This document shows, one piece after another, positions 1 to 9,668 of a stretch of DNA of 64,000 nt. The position numbers and the translations under genes were made by a program. Under the pieces are notes generated by a model that saw only the letters and a list, made by a program, of their open reading frames with translations, ran no database searches and was not told the origin of the DNA. How positions within the stretch are numbered: the first letter of the stretch is position 1; each line of letters opens with the position of its first letter. Source of the DNA: Candidatus Defluviibacterium haderslevense (lineage in GTDB: Bacteria; Bacteroidota; Bacteroidia; Chitinophagales; Saprospiraceae); NCBI GenBank assembly GCA_016712225.1, contig JADJRL010000003.1, positions 2,559,831-2,623,830 of the forward strand, given 5' to 3'.

Positions 1-1784
1 ATTTAGTAGATTTTGATCAACGGATTAAAAAACTTTGTGAATTGAATCCAGATCAAGATTTGGAATATATGGTGGAACCAAAATTTGATGGTGGAAGCCT
101 GGCCGTTATTTATGAAAATGATCACTTGGTTAGGGCTGCTACCCGGGGCGATGGCGAGAAAGGAGAGGAAATGACTGCTAATGCCAGAACCATAAAATCA
201 TTGCCATTAATTGCGCCTTTTTCAAGACTAGGAATTAAAAAAGTTGAATTGCGAGGAGAAGCTTTAATTAGAAAAGATATTTTTCAAAAATTAAATCAAC
301 AACGAGAATTAGATGGACTTCCATTACTTGCTAATCCAAGAAATGCAGCTACTGGAGTCCTCAGAGTTAAAGACCCTGCCGAAACGGCAACCAGACAATT
401 AGATATGTTTATTTTTCAATTTGCACATGCTGAAAATGAACAAGGTGAGATGATTTTATCCCAATATAAAACGCAGGATGAATTAATCAGTATGTTGCAT
501 GATTTGGGTTTTAAGACAGCTACGATTGAAAAGAAAATTTGTAAAAACATACGAGAAGTACATTCATTCATTGAATCATGGTCGACCAAGAGAGATTCTT
601 ACCATTTTGAATTAGATGGTATGGTTGTTAAATTAAATAGTCTTGCATTACAAGAACAATGTGGATTTACATCTCATCACCCAAGATGGGCAGTCGCCTA
701 TAAATTTCAAGCCAAACAAGCTACTTCAAAATTAATAACGGTAGAATTCCAGGTAGGAAAAATTGGATCCATTACGCCGGTTGCAAAAATAGAACCAGTA
801 CCATTGGCTGGAGTTATTGTATCTTCTGTTTCATTACACAATGAAGATTTTATCCGGTCCAGAGATATTTTTTATGGAGATACCGTACTTGTGGAACGTG
901 CAGGAGATGTAATCCCTTATATAGTTAAATCATTGCCGGAATACAGGGAAGTAGGAGCCCAAGCGATCGTTTTTCCAAAAACATGTCCATCTTGTAATAC
1001 AACTTTAATACGTGAAGAAACGGAGTCAGCTTGGCGATGTACTAATGAGCATTGTCCAGCACAATTAGTTCAAAAATTGATTCACCATGTGGGTAAAGAC
1101 GCAATGGATATTGATGGTATGGGGGCATCTTTAGTAGAACGCTTTTATGAATTAGGTATGATTCGTACTATGGCAGATATTTATGAATTGGATTATTCCA
1201 CTATTTCAAAATTAGAAGGCCTTGGAACGAAGTCTGCCGACAACTTAAGAAAAGCCATTGAGAAAGCTAAGCGAAATCCAATTCACCGTTTGCTACATAG
1301 TTTATGTATACATCATCTTGGAAAAAAAATAAGCAAGCTCATAGCTGAGCATTTAAAAAATGTATTCGATTTGTCAGAATGGTCTCTTGAGCGCTTTAAA
1401 GAAATCAAAGATGTTGGGCCTGTAGTTGGACAAAATGTTATCGATTATTTTTCAAATCCTGAACATATTGCCATTCTGAAACGCATGGAATCTCTTGGTG
1501 TTAATATGAATCAAACGGATGAGGACGCACCGAAAAAATTAAATGAGGATGGTGTATTCTCAGGTAAGAGTATATTATTCACAGGTACTTTAAGCAAGAT
1601 GGGTCGCAAAGAGGCACAAGACTTGGCAGAAAAGGCCGGTGCCAGACTGATTTCCGCAGTTAGCAACCAATTGAATATATTAGTAGTTGGAGCAGACGCT
1701 GGATCCAAATTAGCTAAAGCTCAAAAAATCGGAACTGTTGAAATTCTAACCGAGGAAGAATTTATAGACAGAATTGGTCTTTGA
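1..1784 (+). CDS. ligA: NAD+-dependent DNA ligase LigA, 5' end lies outside the window
   Basis: The frame is open from base 3, with no stop before the TTG at 42. It has the adenylation motif EPKFDG (KxDG), a four-Cys zinc finger (CPSC...C.NEHC), an HhH region and a C-terminal BRCT-like segment (GKSILFTGTL). Confidence 0.95.
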   Translation, partial: LVDFDQRIKKLCELNPDQDLEYMVEPKFDGGSLAVIYENDHLVRAATRGDGEKGEEMTANARTIKSLPLIAPFSRLGIKKVELRGEALIRKDIFQKLNQQRELDGLPLLANPRNAATGVLRVKDPAETATRQLDMFIFQFAHAENEQGEMILSQYKTQDELISMLHDLGFKTATIEKKICKNIREVHSFIESWSTKRDSYHFELDGMVVKLNSLALQEQCGFTSHHPRWAVAYKFQAKQATSKLITVEFQVGKIGSITPVAKIEPVPLAGVIVSSVSLHNEDFIRSRDIFYGDTVLVERAGDVIPYIVKSLPEYREVGAQAIVFPKTCPSCNTTLIREETESAWRCTNEHCPAQLVQKLIHHVGKDAMDIDGMGASLVERFYELGMIRTMADIYELDYSTISKLEGLGTKSADNLRKAIEKAKRNPIHRLLHSLCIHHLGKKISKLIAEHLKNVFDLSEWSLERFKEIKDVGPVVGQNVIDYFSNPEHIAILKRMESLGVNMNQTDEDAPKKLNEDGVFSGKSILFTGTLSKMGRKEAQDLAEKAGARLISAVSNQLNILVVGADAGSKLAKAQKIGTVEILTEEEFIDRIGL

Positions 1785-1849
1785 ATTGGATTTCTAGTAA
1801 AAAATCTACAACTATTTAAGGTATATCCTCGTTATACTAGCTTATTTTA

Positions 1850-1857
1850 TAATTTTG
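1850..1857 (+). promoter_or_regulatory. Bacteroidota-type -7 promoter box TAATTTTG upstream of the moxR-like gene
   Basis: Exact match to TAnnTTTG, 26 nt upstream of the ATG at 1883. Confidence 0.5.
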
Positions 1858-1882
1858 CGATCATATTAAATTTAAGATATTC

Positions 1883-2845
1883 ATGCAATATAAATCTGAT
1901 GTTGAAGCAGTCGATGCATTAGCCCAATCCTATAAAGATCTTAGTGCTGAAGTAGCAAAAGTCATAGTAGGTCAAAATGATGTTGTAAGAGCGGCAATTA
2001 TTTCATTATTCAGTAATGGCCATAGTTTGTTGGTTGGAGTGCCGGGATTGGCTAAGACATTACTTATTAACACCCTGGCTCAGGTTTTGGATTTAAGTTT
2101 TAAGCGTATTCAATTCACTCCGGATCTGATGCCTTCAGATATCACAGGGACGGAAATCCTTGATGAGGACCGACATTTTAAATTTAACAGAGGTCCATTA
2201 TTTGCCAATATTGTATTGGCTGATGAGATTAACAGGACCCCTCCCAAGACCCAAGCTGCCTTGCTTGAAGCCATGCAGGAACGTATTGTAACAGTGGGAG
2301 GCCAACGCCATATATTACCTAGTCCATTTTTTGTTCTAGCCACTCAGAATCCTATTGAGCAGGAGGGTACCTATCCATTGCCTGAAGCCCAACTGGATCG
2401 ATTTATGTTTAATATCCCTTTAGATTACCCGAGTTACTCGGAAGAATTGGATGTAGTTAGACAAACCACAACGCATCAAGATGTCGTATTGAGAAATATC
2501 CTTAATGCTGAACAAATTCTTACTTTCCAGAAGGTCATTCGAAAAATACCAGTAGCTGATAATGTCCTGGAGTATGCTGTTGGCCTTGTATCTAGAACCA
2601 GACCAAATACAGAAAGAGCAACAAAAGAAGTTAATCAATATGTCAGCTGGGGTGCTGGACCTCGTGCTTCACAGAACCTAGTGTTAGGAGCAAAATGCTA
2701 TGGAGCATTAAGGGGTAAGTATTCACCTGATATTGAAGATGTTCAGGCTATTGCTGGTTTGGTTTTAAGACATCGGATTGTAGTAAATTACAAAGCAGAA
2801 GCCGATGGATTAAACGTCGATAAACTGATTAAAACACTGATGTAA
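1883..2845 (+). CDS. MoxR-family AAA+ ATPase
   Basis: 320 aa with Walker A GVPGLAKT and Walker B VLADEINR. The RTPPKTQAALLEAMQE segment is typical of MoxR/RavA-like ATPases. Confidence 0.9.
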   Translation: MQYKSDVEAVDALAQSYKDLSAEVAKVIVGQNDVVRAAIISLFSNGHSLLVGVPGLAKTLLINTLAQVLDLSFKRIQFTPDLMPSDITGTEILDEDRHFKFNRGPLFANIVLADEINRTPPKTQAALLEAMQERIVTVGGQRHILPSPFFVLATQNPIEQEGTYPLPEAQLDRFMFNIPLDYPSYSEELDVVRQTTTHQDVVLRNILNAEQILTFQKVIRKIPVADNVLEYAVGLVSRTRPNTERATKEVNQYVSWGAGPRASQNLVLGAKCYGALRGKYSPDIEDVQAIAGLVLRHRIVVNYKAEADGLNVDKLIKTLM

Positions 2846-2899
2846 AGCAAAATTTTCAATAAAAAATCAATATTTTAGCTATTTAGTATAGAAAAATAT

Positions 2900-2907
2900 T
2901 ATCTTTG
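2900..2907 (+). promoter_or_regulatory. -7 promoter box TATCTTTG upstream of rpmE2
   Basis: Exact TAnnTTTG match, 25 nt upstream of the ATG at 2932. Confidence 0.5.
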
Positions 2908-2931
2908 CACTCCAATTTTAAAAGCATTGAA

Positions 2932-3189
2932 ATGAAAAAAGATATTCATCCAGCAAATTACCGTTTCGTTGTATTCAAGGATTTTTCTTGCAATGAAGCT
3001 TTTTTGACCAAGTCATGTACTGCATCAAAGGAGACTATCCAATGGGAAGATGGCAATGAATATCCCTTAGTACGCCTTGAGATTTCAAATAAGTCTCATC
3101 CGTTCTTCACCGGTAAAATGAAATTTATCGATACTGCTGGAAGAATTGATAAGTTCAATAAAAAGTTTGGAAAATTCGCAAAGAGTTAA
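2932..3189 (+). CDS. rpmE2: 50S ribosomal protein L31, type B (no CxxC zinc motif)
   Basis: [17 protein letters not shown]... is the canonical L31 N-terminus, and the HPFFTGK motif is present. The paired CxxC motifs are absent, so this is type B. I prefer the ATG at 2932 over the ORF-track start at 2905. Confidence 0.9.
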   Translation: MKKDIHPANYRFVVFKDFSCNEAFLTKSCTASKETIQWEDGNEYPLVRLEISNKSHPFFTGKMKFIDTAGRIDKFNKKFGKFAKS

Positions 3190-3195
3190 ACATAT

Positions 3196-3221
3196 AGCCC
3201 CTAAATTGGGGCTTTTTTATT
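3196..3221 (+). terminator. Rho-independent terminator after rpmE2
   Basis: Stem AGCCCC/GGGGCT with loop TAAATT, followed by a T-run. Confidence 0.8.
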
Positions 3222-4451
3222 TTGGAACAGACAACTTTTATATTAATTGATCCATTGGACACTAGACCCTTATGGCCTTTAACTCAGACCAGGCCTGTAG
3301 GTGAATTAAGATTGGGTATTATGACCCTTTTCGAAAAGTGGAAGCGTATGTTAAATTGTACTGGATCGCATTTGACGCAACCATATCTTAGTCACAAATA
3401 CCCTAGTAATTGTTCTAACCAGAATTACTTAATTGATGGATCATTAATTCCAGATTTACCATTAGTTGAATCTATCCTCAATTTAGACCTTGGGCAATGC
3501 CTTGTAAATACCGAAGGAAAGTTTCTTGGAGCGTTTTTGAATCTAAAAACAATGGTGGATTTAATTCATTCCAAAAACTTAAACCAACATTTAGACCTGA
3601 CCACTTACTCAAACCAGATTTTGGTTTACAAAAATAGCATAATTAAAAACCTAAGCAATACTTGGGAGGTTTTTCAATGGAATGAAGAAGAATTGATTAA
3701 GGATTATCAGTTATTAACAAAAGATCGCATTTCAGAGCCTATTGATCCAAGTAATAGAATATTTGGAACTCAAGTATTTATTGAGGCGGGAGCCAAAGTC
3801 CGAGGTTGTATGATTAATTCAGAAACAGGTCCTGTTTATATTGCCAAAAATGCTGAAATCATGGAAGGCAGTATGATACGTGGACCTTTTGCATTATGTG
3901 AAGGTTCCACAATAAAAATGGGGGCCAAAATTTATGGTGCAACTACCATTGGTCCTCATTCCAAAGTTGGTGGAGAAGTGAACAATAGTGTTATTTTAGG
4001 AAATTCAAATAAAGCGCACGATGGTTTTCTTGGGAATGCAGTGGTTGGTGAATGGTGTAATATAGGAGCTGATACCAATAATTCTAATTTGAAAAACACT
4101 TATCAAGAAGTCAAATTATGGGATTACAGTAAGGAGGGATTTAGAAAGACAGGGACTATTTTTTGTGGGTTGATATTAGGTGATCATGTTAAATGTGGAA
4201 TAAATACTATGTTTAATACGGGTACAGTTGTTGGATTCGGTGCCAATGTATTTGGATCATCGTTTCCACGACAATTTATTCCTGATTTTGCCTGGGGTGG
4301 GGCAAGTGGATTTGAAACCTTTCCTTTTAATAAATTTTTAGACACCGCCAAGGCAGTGTTTTCTCGTCGCAACGCCATACTAAGTGATCTGGATATTTCA
4401 ATTTATCAACACATATTCCAAATCACGGCACCATTTAGGAGTTGGGAATAG
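3222..4451 (+). CDS. Putative sugar-phosphate nucleotidyltransferase/acyltransferase with a left-handed beta-helix (GlmU-like)
   Basis: 409 aa. The N-terminus (LIDPLDTRPLWPLTQTRPVGELRLGIMTLFEKW) resembles a nucleotidyltransferase fold. The C-terminal half carries hexapeptide-repeat-like segments (IGPHSKVGGEVNNSVILGNSNKAHDGFLGNAVVGEWCNIGADT). Confidence 0.6.
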   Translation: MEQTTFILIDPLDTRPLWPLTQTRPVGELRLGIMTLFEKWKRMLNCTGSHLTQPYLSHKYPSNCSNQNYLIDGSLIPDLPLVESILNLDLGQCLVNTEGKFLGAFLNLKTMVDLIHSKNLNQHLDLTTYSNQILVYKNSIIKNLSNTWEVFQWNEEELIKDYQLLTKDRISEPIDPSNRIFGTQVFIEAGAKVRGCMINSETGPVYIAKNAEIMEGSMIRGPFALCEGSTIKMGAKIYGATTIGPHSKVGGEVNNSVILGNSNKAHDGFLGNAVVGEWCNIGADTNNSNLKNTYQEVKLWDYSKEGFRKTGTIFCGLILGDHVKCGINTMFNTGTVVGFGANVFGSSFPRQFIPDFAWGGASGFETFPFNKFLDTAKAVFSRRNAILSDLDISIYQHIFQITAPFRSWE

Positions 4452-4509
4452 GAGTTTTACCTGATTTTTTGAATAAATTCACTTAATTTTATGGCTGATT
4501 GATTCGAAA

Positions 4510-5568
4510 ATGAATAAAATTTCAAGTCTTTATATTGCATTTGGGAGTTTTGCGGTTTTATTTTTAATGTTCAAGATTTTTTCTCAAAATGGTATTCAAA
4601 ACCAAATAGGTAAGACTAACTATAAAATTTGTGGGGTCACCTTAGTAGCTCCACCTAAACCTTTCCCTATCAATCCCACTCAAGATATAAAAATGGTCCA
4701 TGCGAATTGGGTGGCATTAATTCCTTATGCTTATAGCCCATTGGGAATTCCTGAAGTAAGATACGGTGCCAATTCTTGGCAATGGTGGGGAGAAACTAAA
4801 GACGGCATCATTAAAAGTATTGAATTAGCACAGAAATCCAATCTAAAAATAATGCTAAAGCCTCAGGTTTATATGCATAATGGTTGGACCGGGAGTTTGA
4901 ATTTTGAATTAGAATCTGATTGGATTAAATGGGAGCTCGACTATGAAAAGTATATCATGTCTATGGTGGACATTGCGAGGGATTACAATGTAGATCTTTT
5001 TTGCATTGGGACTGAATGGAATCAGGCTACTGCTAAGAGGCCTATTTTCTGGAAGCAGTTAATTCAAAAGATAAGAACAAAATATCAAGGACTATTGACC
5101 TATTCAGCAAATTGGGATAATTATCATCAGGTTCCTTTTTGGAATGAATTAGATTTTATTGGCATCAGTGCCTACTTCCCATTAGTTGAAACTCACGAAC
5201 CTTCACCGGTAGAATTAAAATCAGCATGGACAAAATACATTTTGGAAATGGATACGTTTTCCAAATCATTAAATAAACCGATTCTATTTACCGAATTTGG
5301 ATATTTGACGGTTCCTGGATGCGGGGGCAAAACATGGGAATTGGAAAAGAAGGTAGATCAATTGCCGATCAACCAACAAGCACAAGCAAATTGTTATGAG
5401 GCTTTATTTCAGAGTTTATGGGATCAAAGATTTTGGGCTGGTGGATTTGTTTGGAAATGGTTTCCAAATGATGAAGGGCACGAAGGATATATAGAAAAGG
5501 ATTATTCACCACAGCATAAACAAGCAGAACAAATTCTTAAAAAATGGTATGCAATTTCTAATCATTAA
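4510..5568 (+). CDS. Putative TIM-barrel glycoside hydrolase (clan GH-A-like), N-terminally anchored
   Basis: 352 aa with an N-terminal hydrophobic segment. Candidate acid/base and nucleophile glutamates sit in IGTEWN and LFTEFGY, the usual clan GH-A spacing. The family was not identified. Confidence 0.5.
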   Translation: MNKISSLYIAFGSFAVLFLMFKIFSQNGIQNQIGKTNYKICGVTLVAPPKPFPINPTQDIKMVHANWVALIPYAYSPLGIPEVRYGANSWQWWGETKDGIIKSIELAQKSNLKIMLKPQVYMHNGWTGSLNFELESDWIKWELDYEKYIMSMVDIARDYNVDLFCIGTEWNQATAKRPIFWKQLIQKIRTKYQGLLTYSANWDNYHQVPFWNELDFIGISAYFPLVETHEPSPVELKSAWTKYILEMDTFSKSLNKPILFTEFGYLTVPGCGGKTWELEKKVDQLPINQQAQANCYEALFQSLWDQRFWAGGFVWKWFPNDEGHEGYIEKDYSPQHKQAEQILKKWYAISNH

Positions 5569-5590
5569 ATGGATCACTATCGAAAATTCA

Positions 5591-5612
5591 GAAGGTTAAA
5601 TGAAGGTTAAAT
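5591..5612 (+). promoter_or_regulatory. Perfect tandem 11-mer GAAGGTTAAAT x2 upstream of the histidine kinase gene
   Basis: Two identical head-to-tail 11-nt copies lie about 60-80 nt upstream of the ATG at 5671. An 11-bp phased direct repeat is the usual geometry of OmpR/PhoB-family binding sites. Confidence 0.35.
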
Positions 5613-5670
5613 TTGGAGAAAAAAAGGCTATAAGGGTGATTAAAATGTTTAAACTTCAGATCATTGGATA

Positions 5671-7146
5671 ATGAATAAAAAGGCTATTTGGATCACTACC
5701 GGGATCATGGGTGTCGCATTGATGGGTACTGTCATATTGCAATTTTATTGGATCAATTGGTCTTTAAAATTGAAAGAAAAGCAATTTGATGATACGATTA
5801 TTGCTGCCCTAAAACGCGTTAGTGATCGACTTGAAAATGAAAATGAGAATTGGGAAATCAACGAAATCAACCGATTTTTTCAAGAGATGGGCAATTCATC
5901 TGCTAATCAAAAGAAAATAATTGAGTATGCCACACGGATTATGAACAATAAAAAAACCGTTGTTTGGGATACCAGTTCGCTGTTGACCATAGGACATTCA
6001 AGAGACAAAGAAATTCAATTCCTGGAGTACATCGATCGTCAAATGAGGATGCATCCAGCTAGTTTAGAACAGCGAATTAGTCCTCAGAAGTTAGCTGCTT
6101 TAATTAAACAAGAATTCAAAGATTTATTAATAGACTTAGAATATTCCTTTGGGATTTATGATAACACTGCGAAGAGTTTTGTAATTCTAAATGATAATTA
6201 CGTTGTTAATTTCGGCGAGAATCCAAAAGTGTCGAATCCAAATTTTGATTTTACGAAGTATCTGATAGAATCCAGTTATCAGGTTGCTGTTTTTCCTAAT
6301 TCAAATGGATCTCCTGGTGTTTTAAAGGTTTTTTTTCCGAGTAAGAAAAGTTTTTTGTGGAGATCTGTATTGCCCATTTTATTATTGTCATTGCTATTTA
6401 CAGTAATTATTTTGGCTTGTTTTTCTTATGTTATTTATGTGGTTTTTAGACAGAAAAAATTGTCTGAAATTAAAAATGATTTCGTCAATAATATGACGCA
6501 TGAGTTTAAAACTCCCATTGCAACCATTTCATTAGCCTCTGATTCGATTCTAAGTCCAATGGTGATTCATGAACCTGATAAAATTAGAAGATTTACAGAT
6601 ATTATAAAGCAGGAAAACAGAAGGATGCTAAGTCAAGTTGAGAAGGTGTTACAAATGGCATTATTGGATAAACATGATTTCCAGTTGAATTTCAAACAAA
6701 TCAATATTCATGAGATTATTGAACAAGCTGTCAAGAATATCAATCTGCAGGTCCAACAACGAGAAGGTCATATTCTGCAGGAATTAAAAGCCACCCATTT
6801 TATATTGAAAGCTGATCAAACGCATATGACCAACATTATTTATAATTTGTTGGATAATGCCAACAAGTACTCGGAAAGTCATCCAGAAATTATTATTTCT
6901 ACAAGAAATGTCCCCAGGGGAATAGAAATTACAGTATCAGATAAAGGGATAGGAATGAAGCGTGAAGATCAGAAGATGATATTTGAGAAATTTTATCGCG
7001 TTCCCACTGGAAATCTTCATAATGTAAAAGGATTTGGACTCGGGTTAAGCTATGTTAAAGCGATGGTCCAAGCTCATGATGGGAGCATTGAGGTTTCCAG
7101 TGAAATAGGTAAGGGAAGCACTTTTATCATTAATTTGCCCATTTAG
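5671..7146 (+). CDS. Membrane sensor histidine kinase (HisKA + HATPase_c)
   Basis: 491 aa with two TM segments, H-box FVNNMTHEFKTPIATI, N-box NLLDNANKYS and G-boxes DKGIGM and GFGLGLSYV. Confidence 0.9.
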   Translation: MNKKAIWITTGIMGVALMGTVILQFYWINWSLKLKEKQFDDTIIAALKRVSDRLENENENWEINEINRFFQEMGNSSANQKKIIEYATRIMNNKKTVVWDTSSLLTIGHSRDKEIQFLEYIDRQMRMHPASLEQRISPQKLAALIKQEFKDLLIDLEYSFGIYDNTAKSFVILNDNYVVNFGENPKVSNPNFDFTKYLIESSYQVAVFPNSNGSPGVLKVFFPSKKSFLWRSVLPILLLSLLFTVIILACFSYVIYVVFRQKKLSEIKNDFVNNMTHEFKTPIATISLASDSILSPMVIHEPDKIRRFTDIIKQENRRMLSQVEKVLQMALLDKHDFQLNFKQINIHEIIEQAVKNINLQVQQREGHILQELKATHFILKADQTHMTNIIYNLLDNANKYSESHPEIIISTRNVPRGIEITVSDKGIGMKREDQKMIFEKFYRVPTGNLHNVKGFGLGLSYVKAMVQAHDGSIEVSSEIGKGSTFIINLPI

Positions 7147-7215
7147 ATCATTTTTTATGAACAAAGCATCTATAAATTGCTTTTTCTAACGTTATCATAT
7201 AATAATTATACGCCA

Positions 7216-7971
7216 ATGTTAGCTACAAGTCCAGATTTGAAGAATAATTCCAAAATACTCCTGGTAGAGGATGACCGTAATTTTGGAGACGTATTGAGGT
7301 CCTATTTAGAAATGCATGGTTATAATGTCGATTTGGCAGTAGACGGGATAGATGGTTTTGAGCATTTTCGTAGAAAAGAGTATGATTTGTGTATACTTGA
7401 TGTAATGATGCCTCGTAAAGATGGATTCGCATTAGCTAAAGACATTCGTTCCAAAAATGCCGATGTGCCTATTATCTTTTTAACAGCCAAGACACTCAAG
7501 GAAGATATCGTTGAAGGTTTTAGAATTGGGGCTGACGATTACGTAACCAAGCCGTTCAATTCTGAGGAATTGCTTTATAGAGTTCAAGCTATATTAAAAA
7601 GATCCAACCGAATTAAGGAGGTCCAAAGTGATGAAGTTAAGGAATTTACCATTGGAAAATATTATTTCAACGTTCCGTTGAGAGTTTTATACCTAAAAGA
7701 TGGAGATGAAATTCATGAAAAAGTCAAATTAAGCCCAAAAGAGTCTTTGTTACTTAAACTATTTTGTGAACACAGGAATGATATTTTACTGAGGTCAGAA
7801 GCTTTATCCAAAATATGGGGTGAGGATAATTATTTTACTGCACGAAGTATGGATGTCTTTGTTACTAAGCTTCGCAAGTATTTAGCAAATGACGAAACCA
7901 TTGAAATAACCAATATCCACGGGAATGGCTTCAGGATGGTTATTCATGGTGAACAGGGTTCAGAGCTATAA
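7216..7971 (+). CDS. OmpR/PhoB-family response regulator
   Basis: The receiver domain has ILLVEDD, the phospho-acceptor context LCILDVMMPRKDG and LTAK. The C-terminal winged helix has LSPKESLLLKLF...DVFVTKLRKYL. I prefer the ATG at 7216 over the TTG at 7177. Confidence 0.9.
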   Translation: MLATSPDLKNNSKILLVEDDRNFGDVLRSYLEMHGYNVDLAVDGIDGFEHFRRKEYDLCILDVMMPRKDGFALAKDIRSKNADVPIIFLTAKTLKEDIVEGFRIGADDYVTKPFNSEELLYRVQAILKRSNRIKEVQSDEVKEFTIGKYYFNVPLRVLYLKDGDEIHEKVKLSPKESLLLKLFCEHRNDILLRSEALSKIWGEDNYFTARSMDVFVTKLRKYLANDETIEITNIHGNGFRMVIHGEQGSEL

Positions 7972-7995
7972 ATCTTCACCTTAAACTGTTGAATT

Positions 7996-8003
7996 TAAAT
8001 TTG
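7996..8003 (+). promoter_or_regulatory. -7 promoter box TAAATTTG upstream of the inositol monophosphatase gene
   Basis: Exact TAnnTTTG match, 38 nt upstream of the ATG at 8041. Confidence 0.4.
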
Positions 8004-8040
8004 TAGAATTGATATTCCCCAAAAGGAATTATTATTGTGC

Positions 8041-8850
8041 ATGAATAAGCAGCAATTAGAACAAATTTGTGCACAAGTTGTAATCAGCGCTAAACAAGCT
8101 GGAGCATTTATTAGGGATGCTATTGGGCAAGTTAAAGATGACGATATACAGGAAAAGGAGTTGCATAGTCTTGTATCCTATGTTGACCTGAATGCTGAAA
8201 AAATGATTGTAGCATTTTTAAGGAATGTAATCCCTGAATCCAATTTTATTACTGAAGAGCATACAACAACTGGTGATGTCAATTCCAATGCAAGGTATAC
8301 ATGGATTATTGATCCCTTAGATGGTACTACTAATTTTTTGAAAGGCATACCCATATTTTCTGTGAGTATTGCTTTAATGTGTGAAGAGGAATTACTCGTG
8401 GGTGTTGTTTATGACATTATGAGTGATGTATCTTATTATGCATGGGCAGGAGGAGGTGCTTATCAAAATGGTCATTCGATTCATGTAAGTCAGGTGGCTC
8501 ATTTAAATCAAGCTATTATAGCTACAGGATTTCCATATGCCCGAAAGAAAATGGAAGCCATTGCCGATTTACTATTATTAATATTAAAAGAAGCGCGGGG
8601 AGTCAGGAGATTGGGTTCTGCCGCCATTGACTTAGCATTTACTGCATGTGGAAGATTTGATGGATATTACGAAACACAAATCAATGCCTGGGATGTTGCA
8701 GCAGGAATTTTGATAGTTAGGGAGGCAGGTGGTCAAGTTAGTGATTTTAAAGGTTCTGGGTATCCGGTTTTTTCTACTCACATATTAGCTACAAATCCGC
8801 AATTATATCCTCAAATAATGAATTTAATCAAACAGGTCGATTTAAACTGA
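8041..8850 (+). CDS. Inositol monophosphatase family protein (SuhB-like)
   Basis: Signature WIIDPLDGTTNF, plus a metal-binding EE motif and the WDVAAG motif. Length is about 269 aa from the ATG at 8041. Confidence 0.9.
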   Translation: MNKQQLEQICAQVVISAKQAGAFIRDAIGQVKDDDIQEKELHSLVSYVDLNAEKMIVAFLRNVIPESNFITEEHTTTGDVNSNARYTWIIDPLDGTTNFLKGIPIFSVSIALMCEEELLVGVVYDIMSDVSYYAWAGGGAYQNGHSIHVSQVAHLNQAIIATGFPYARKKMEAIADLLLLILKEARGVRRLGSAAIDLAFTACGRFDGYYETQINAWDVAAGILIVREAGGQVSDFKGSGYPVFSTHILATNPQLYPQIMNLIKQVDLN

Positions 8851-9257
8851 GATTTTTGAAAATAAGTCGTTTGGAATACTTGTGGACCACAATGATTTAT
8901 GATGTAGTAAAAGTGCATGTGTTGATTAGGATTTTGTCATTAGTATTCTTTTTTAAGTCATATTTTTGATTACCTGACTTTATACCCAATTGAATAGAAG
9001 TTATGTGACTGATATGGAGTATAACAATTATAAATTTGAGATCTTATTGTAAATGTTATTAACGATATAGCCATGTTAGTTGCAAAGTGACGGCTTGTTT
9101 TGGAATATACTGAATAAATGATTTGTATTTTACAACAATTGTTGGATATTTGTCTGTAATAAATTGTTATCCGTCTAGTTTAATAAATGTTTAAAATATA
9201 TTATATCTTTTATTGTAAAGTCGGAACCTTTACTTGTTAATAATAAAAAATTATATC

Positions 9258-9668
9258 ATGAAAAAATTAGGTGTTATCGTATTTCTATTACTGATCATAG
9301 TATTTAGCGTGATTTGGTTTTTATGGAATAAACCATTTAAGGATATCTCATTAAGTAATTCTTTCGCCAGGCTCTCTGCAGTAGAATTAGTTAAGGAGTT
9401 TGATGATAATGAGGAATTAGCTACAAAAAAGTATTTGAATCAAATTGTTGAAATTTCTGGAACAGTATCTGCAACAGAAACAAATGATGCGGGAGTAACT
9501 AGTGTAACTCTTGATGGTGGAGGTATGAGTGGAATAATCTGTGAATTAGATACAAAAACTACGCATAAACGATTGTCTTTTACTGCTGGTGAAATTGTTC
9601 AAATGAAAGGAATATGTACGGGAAAATTAATGGATATCGTTTTAAGTCGATGTGTTGAAATAAAATAA
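9258..9668 (+). CDS. Membrane-anchored OB-fold (tRNA_anti-like) protein
   Basis: N-terminal TM segment followed by the pattern ...ELVKEFDDNEELATKKYLNQIVEISGTVS...VQMKGICTG, typical of the OB-fold tRNA_anti-like family. The ATG at 9258 gives a sensible signal anchor. Confidence 0.55.
   Translation: MKKLGVIVFLLLIIVFSVIWFLWNKPFKDISLSNSFARLSAVELVKEFDDNEELATKKYLNQIVEISGTVSATETNDAGVTSVTLDGGGMSGIICELDTKTTHKRLSFTAGEIVQMKGICTGKLMDIVLSRCVEIK

Noticed and set aside
1511-1708. Antisense or alternate-frame ORFs of 60-120 aa that lie entirely inside well-supported genes. Examples are 1511..1708, 2110..2343, 2420..2638, 4184..4378, 7223..7432, 8442..8630, 10734..10922, 13859..14053, 17760..17990, 20185..20493, 22361..22552, 29446..29643, 30274..30477, 30860..31359, 34948..35282, 39032..39337, 39684..39911, 40760..40945, 42663..42848, 43666..43953, 45973..46260, 46460..46925, 46955..47698, 48275..48478, 52660..52875, 56019..56252, 56896..57281, 59702..59884, 61117..61479, 61992..62354 and 63230..63433.
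   Set aside because: Each overlaps a longer ORF that carries clear family motifs or a coherent signal or TM architecture. Their products are low-complexity, which is typical of shadow ORFs in AT-rich DNA.
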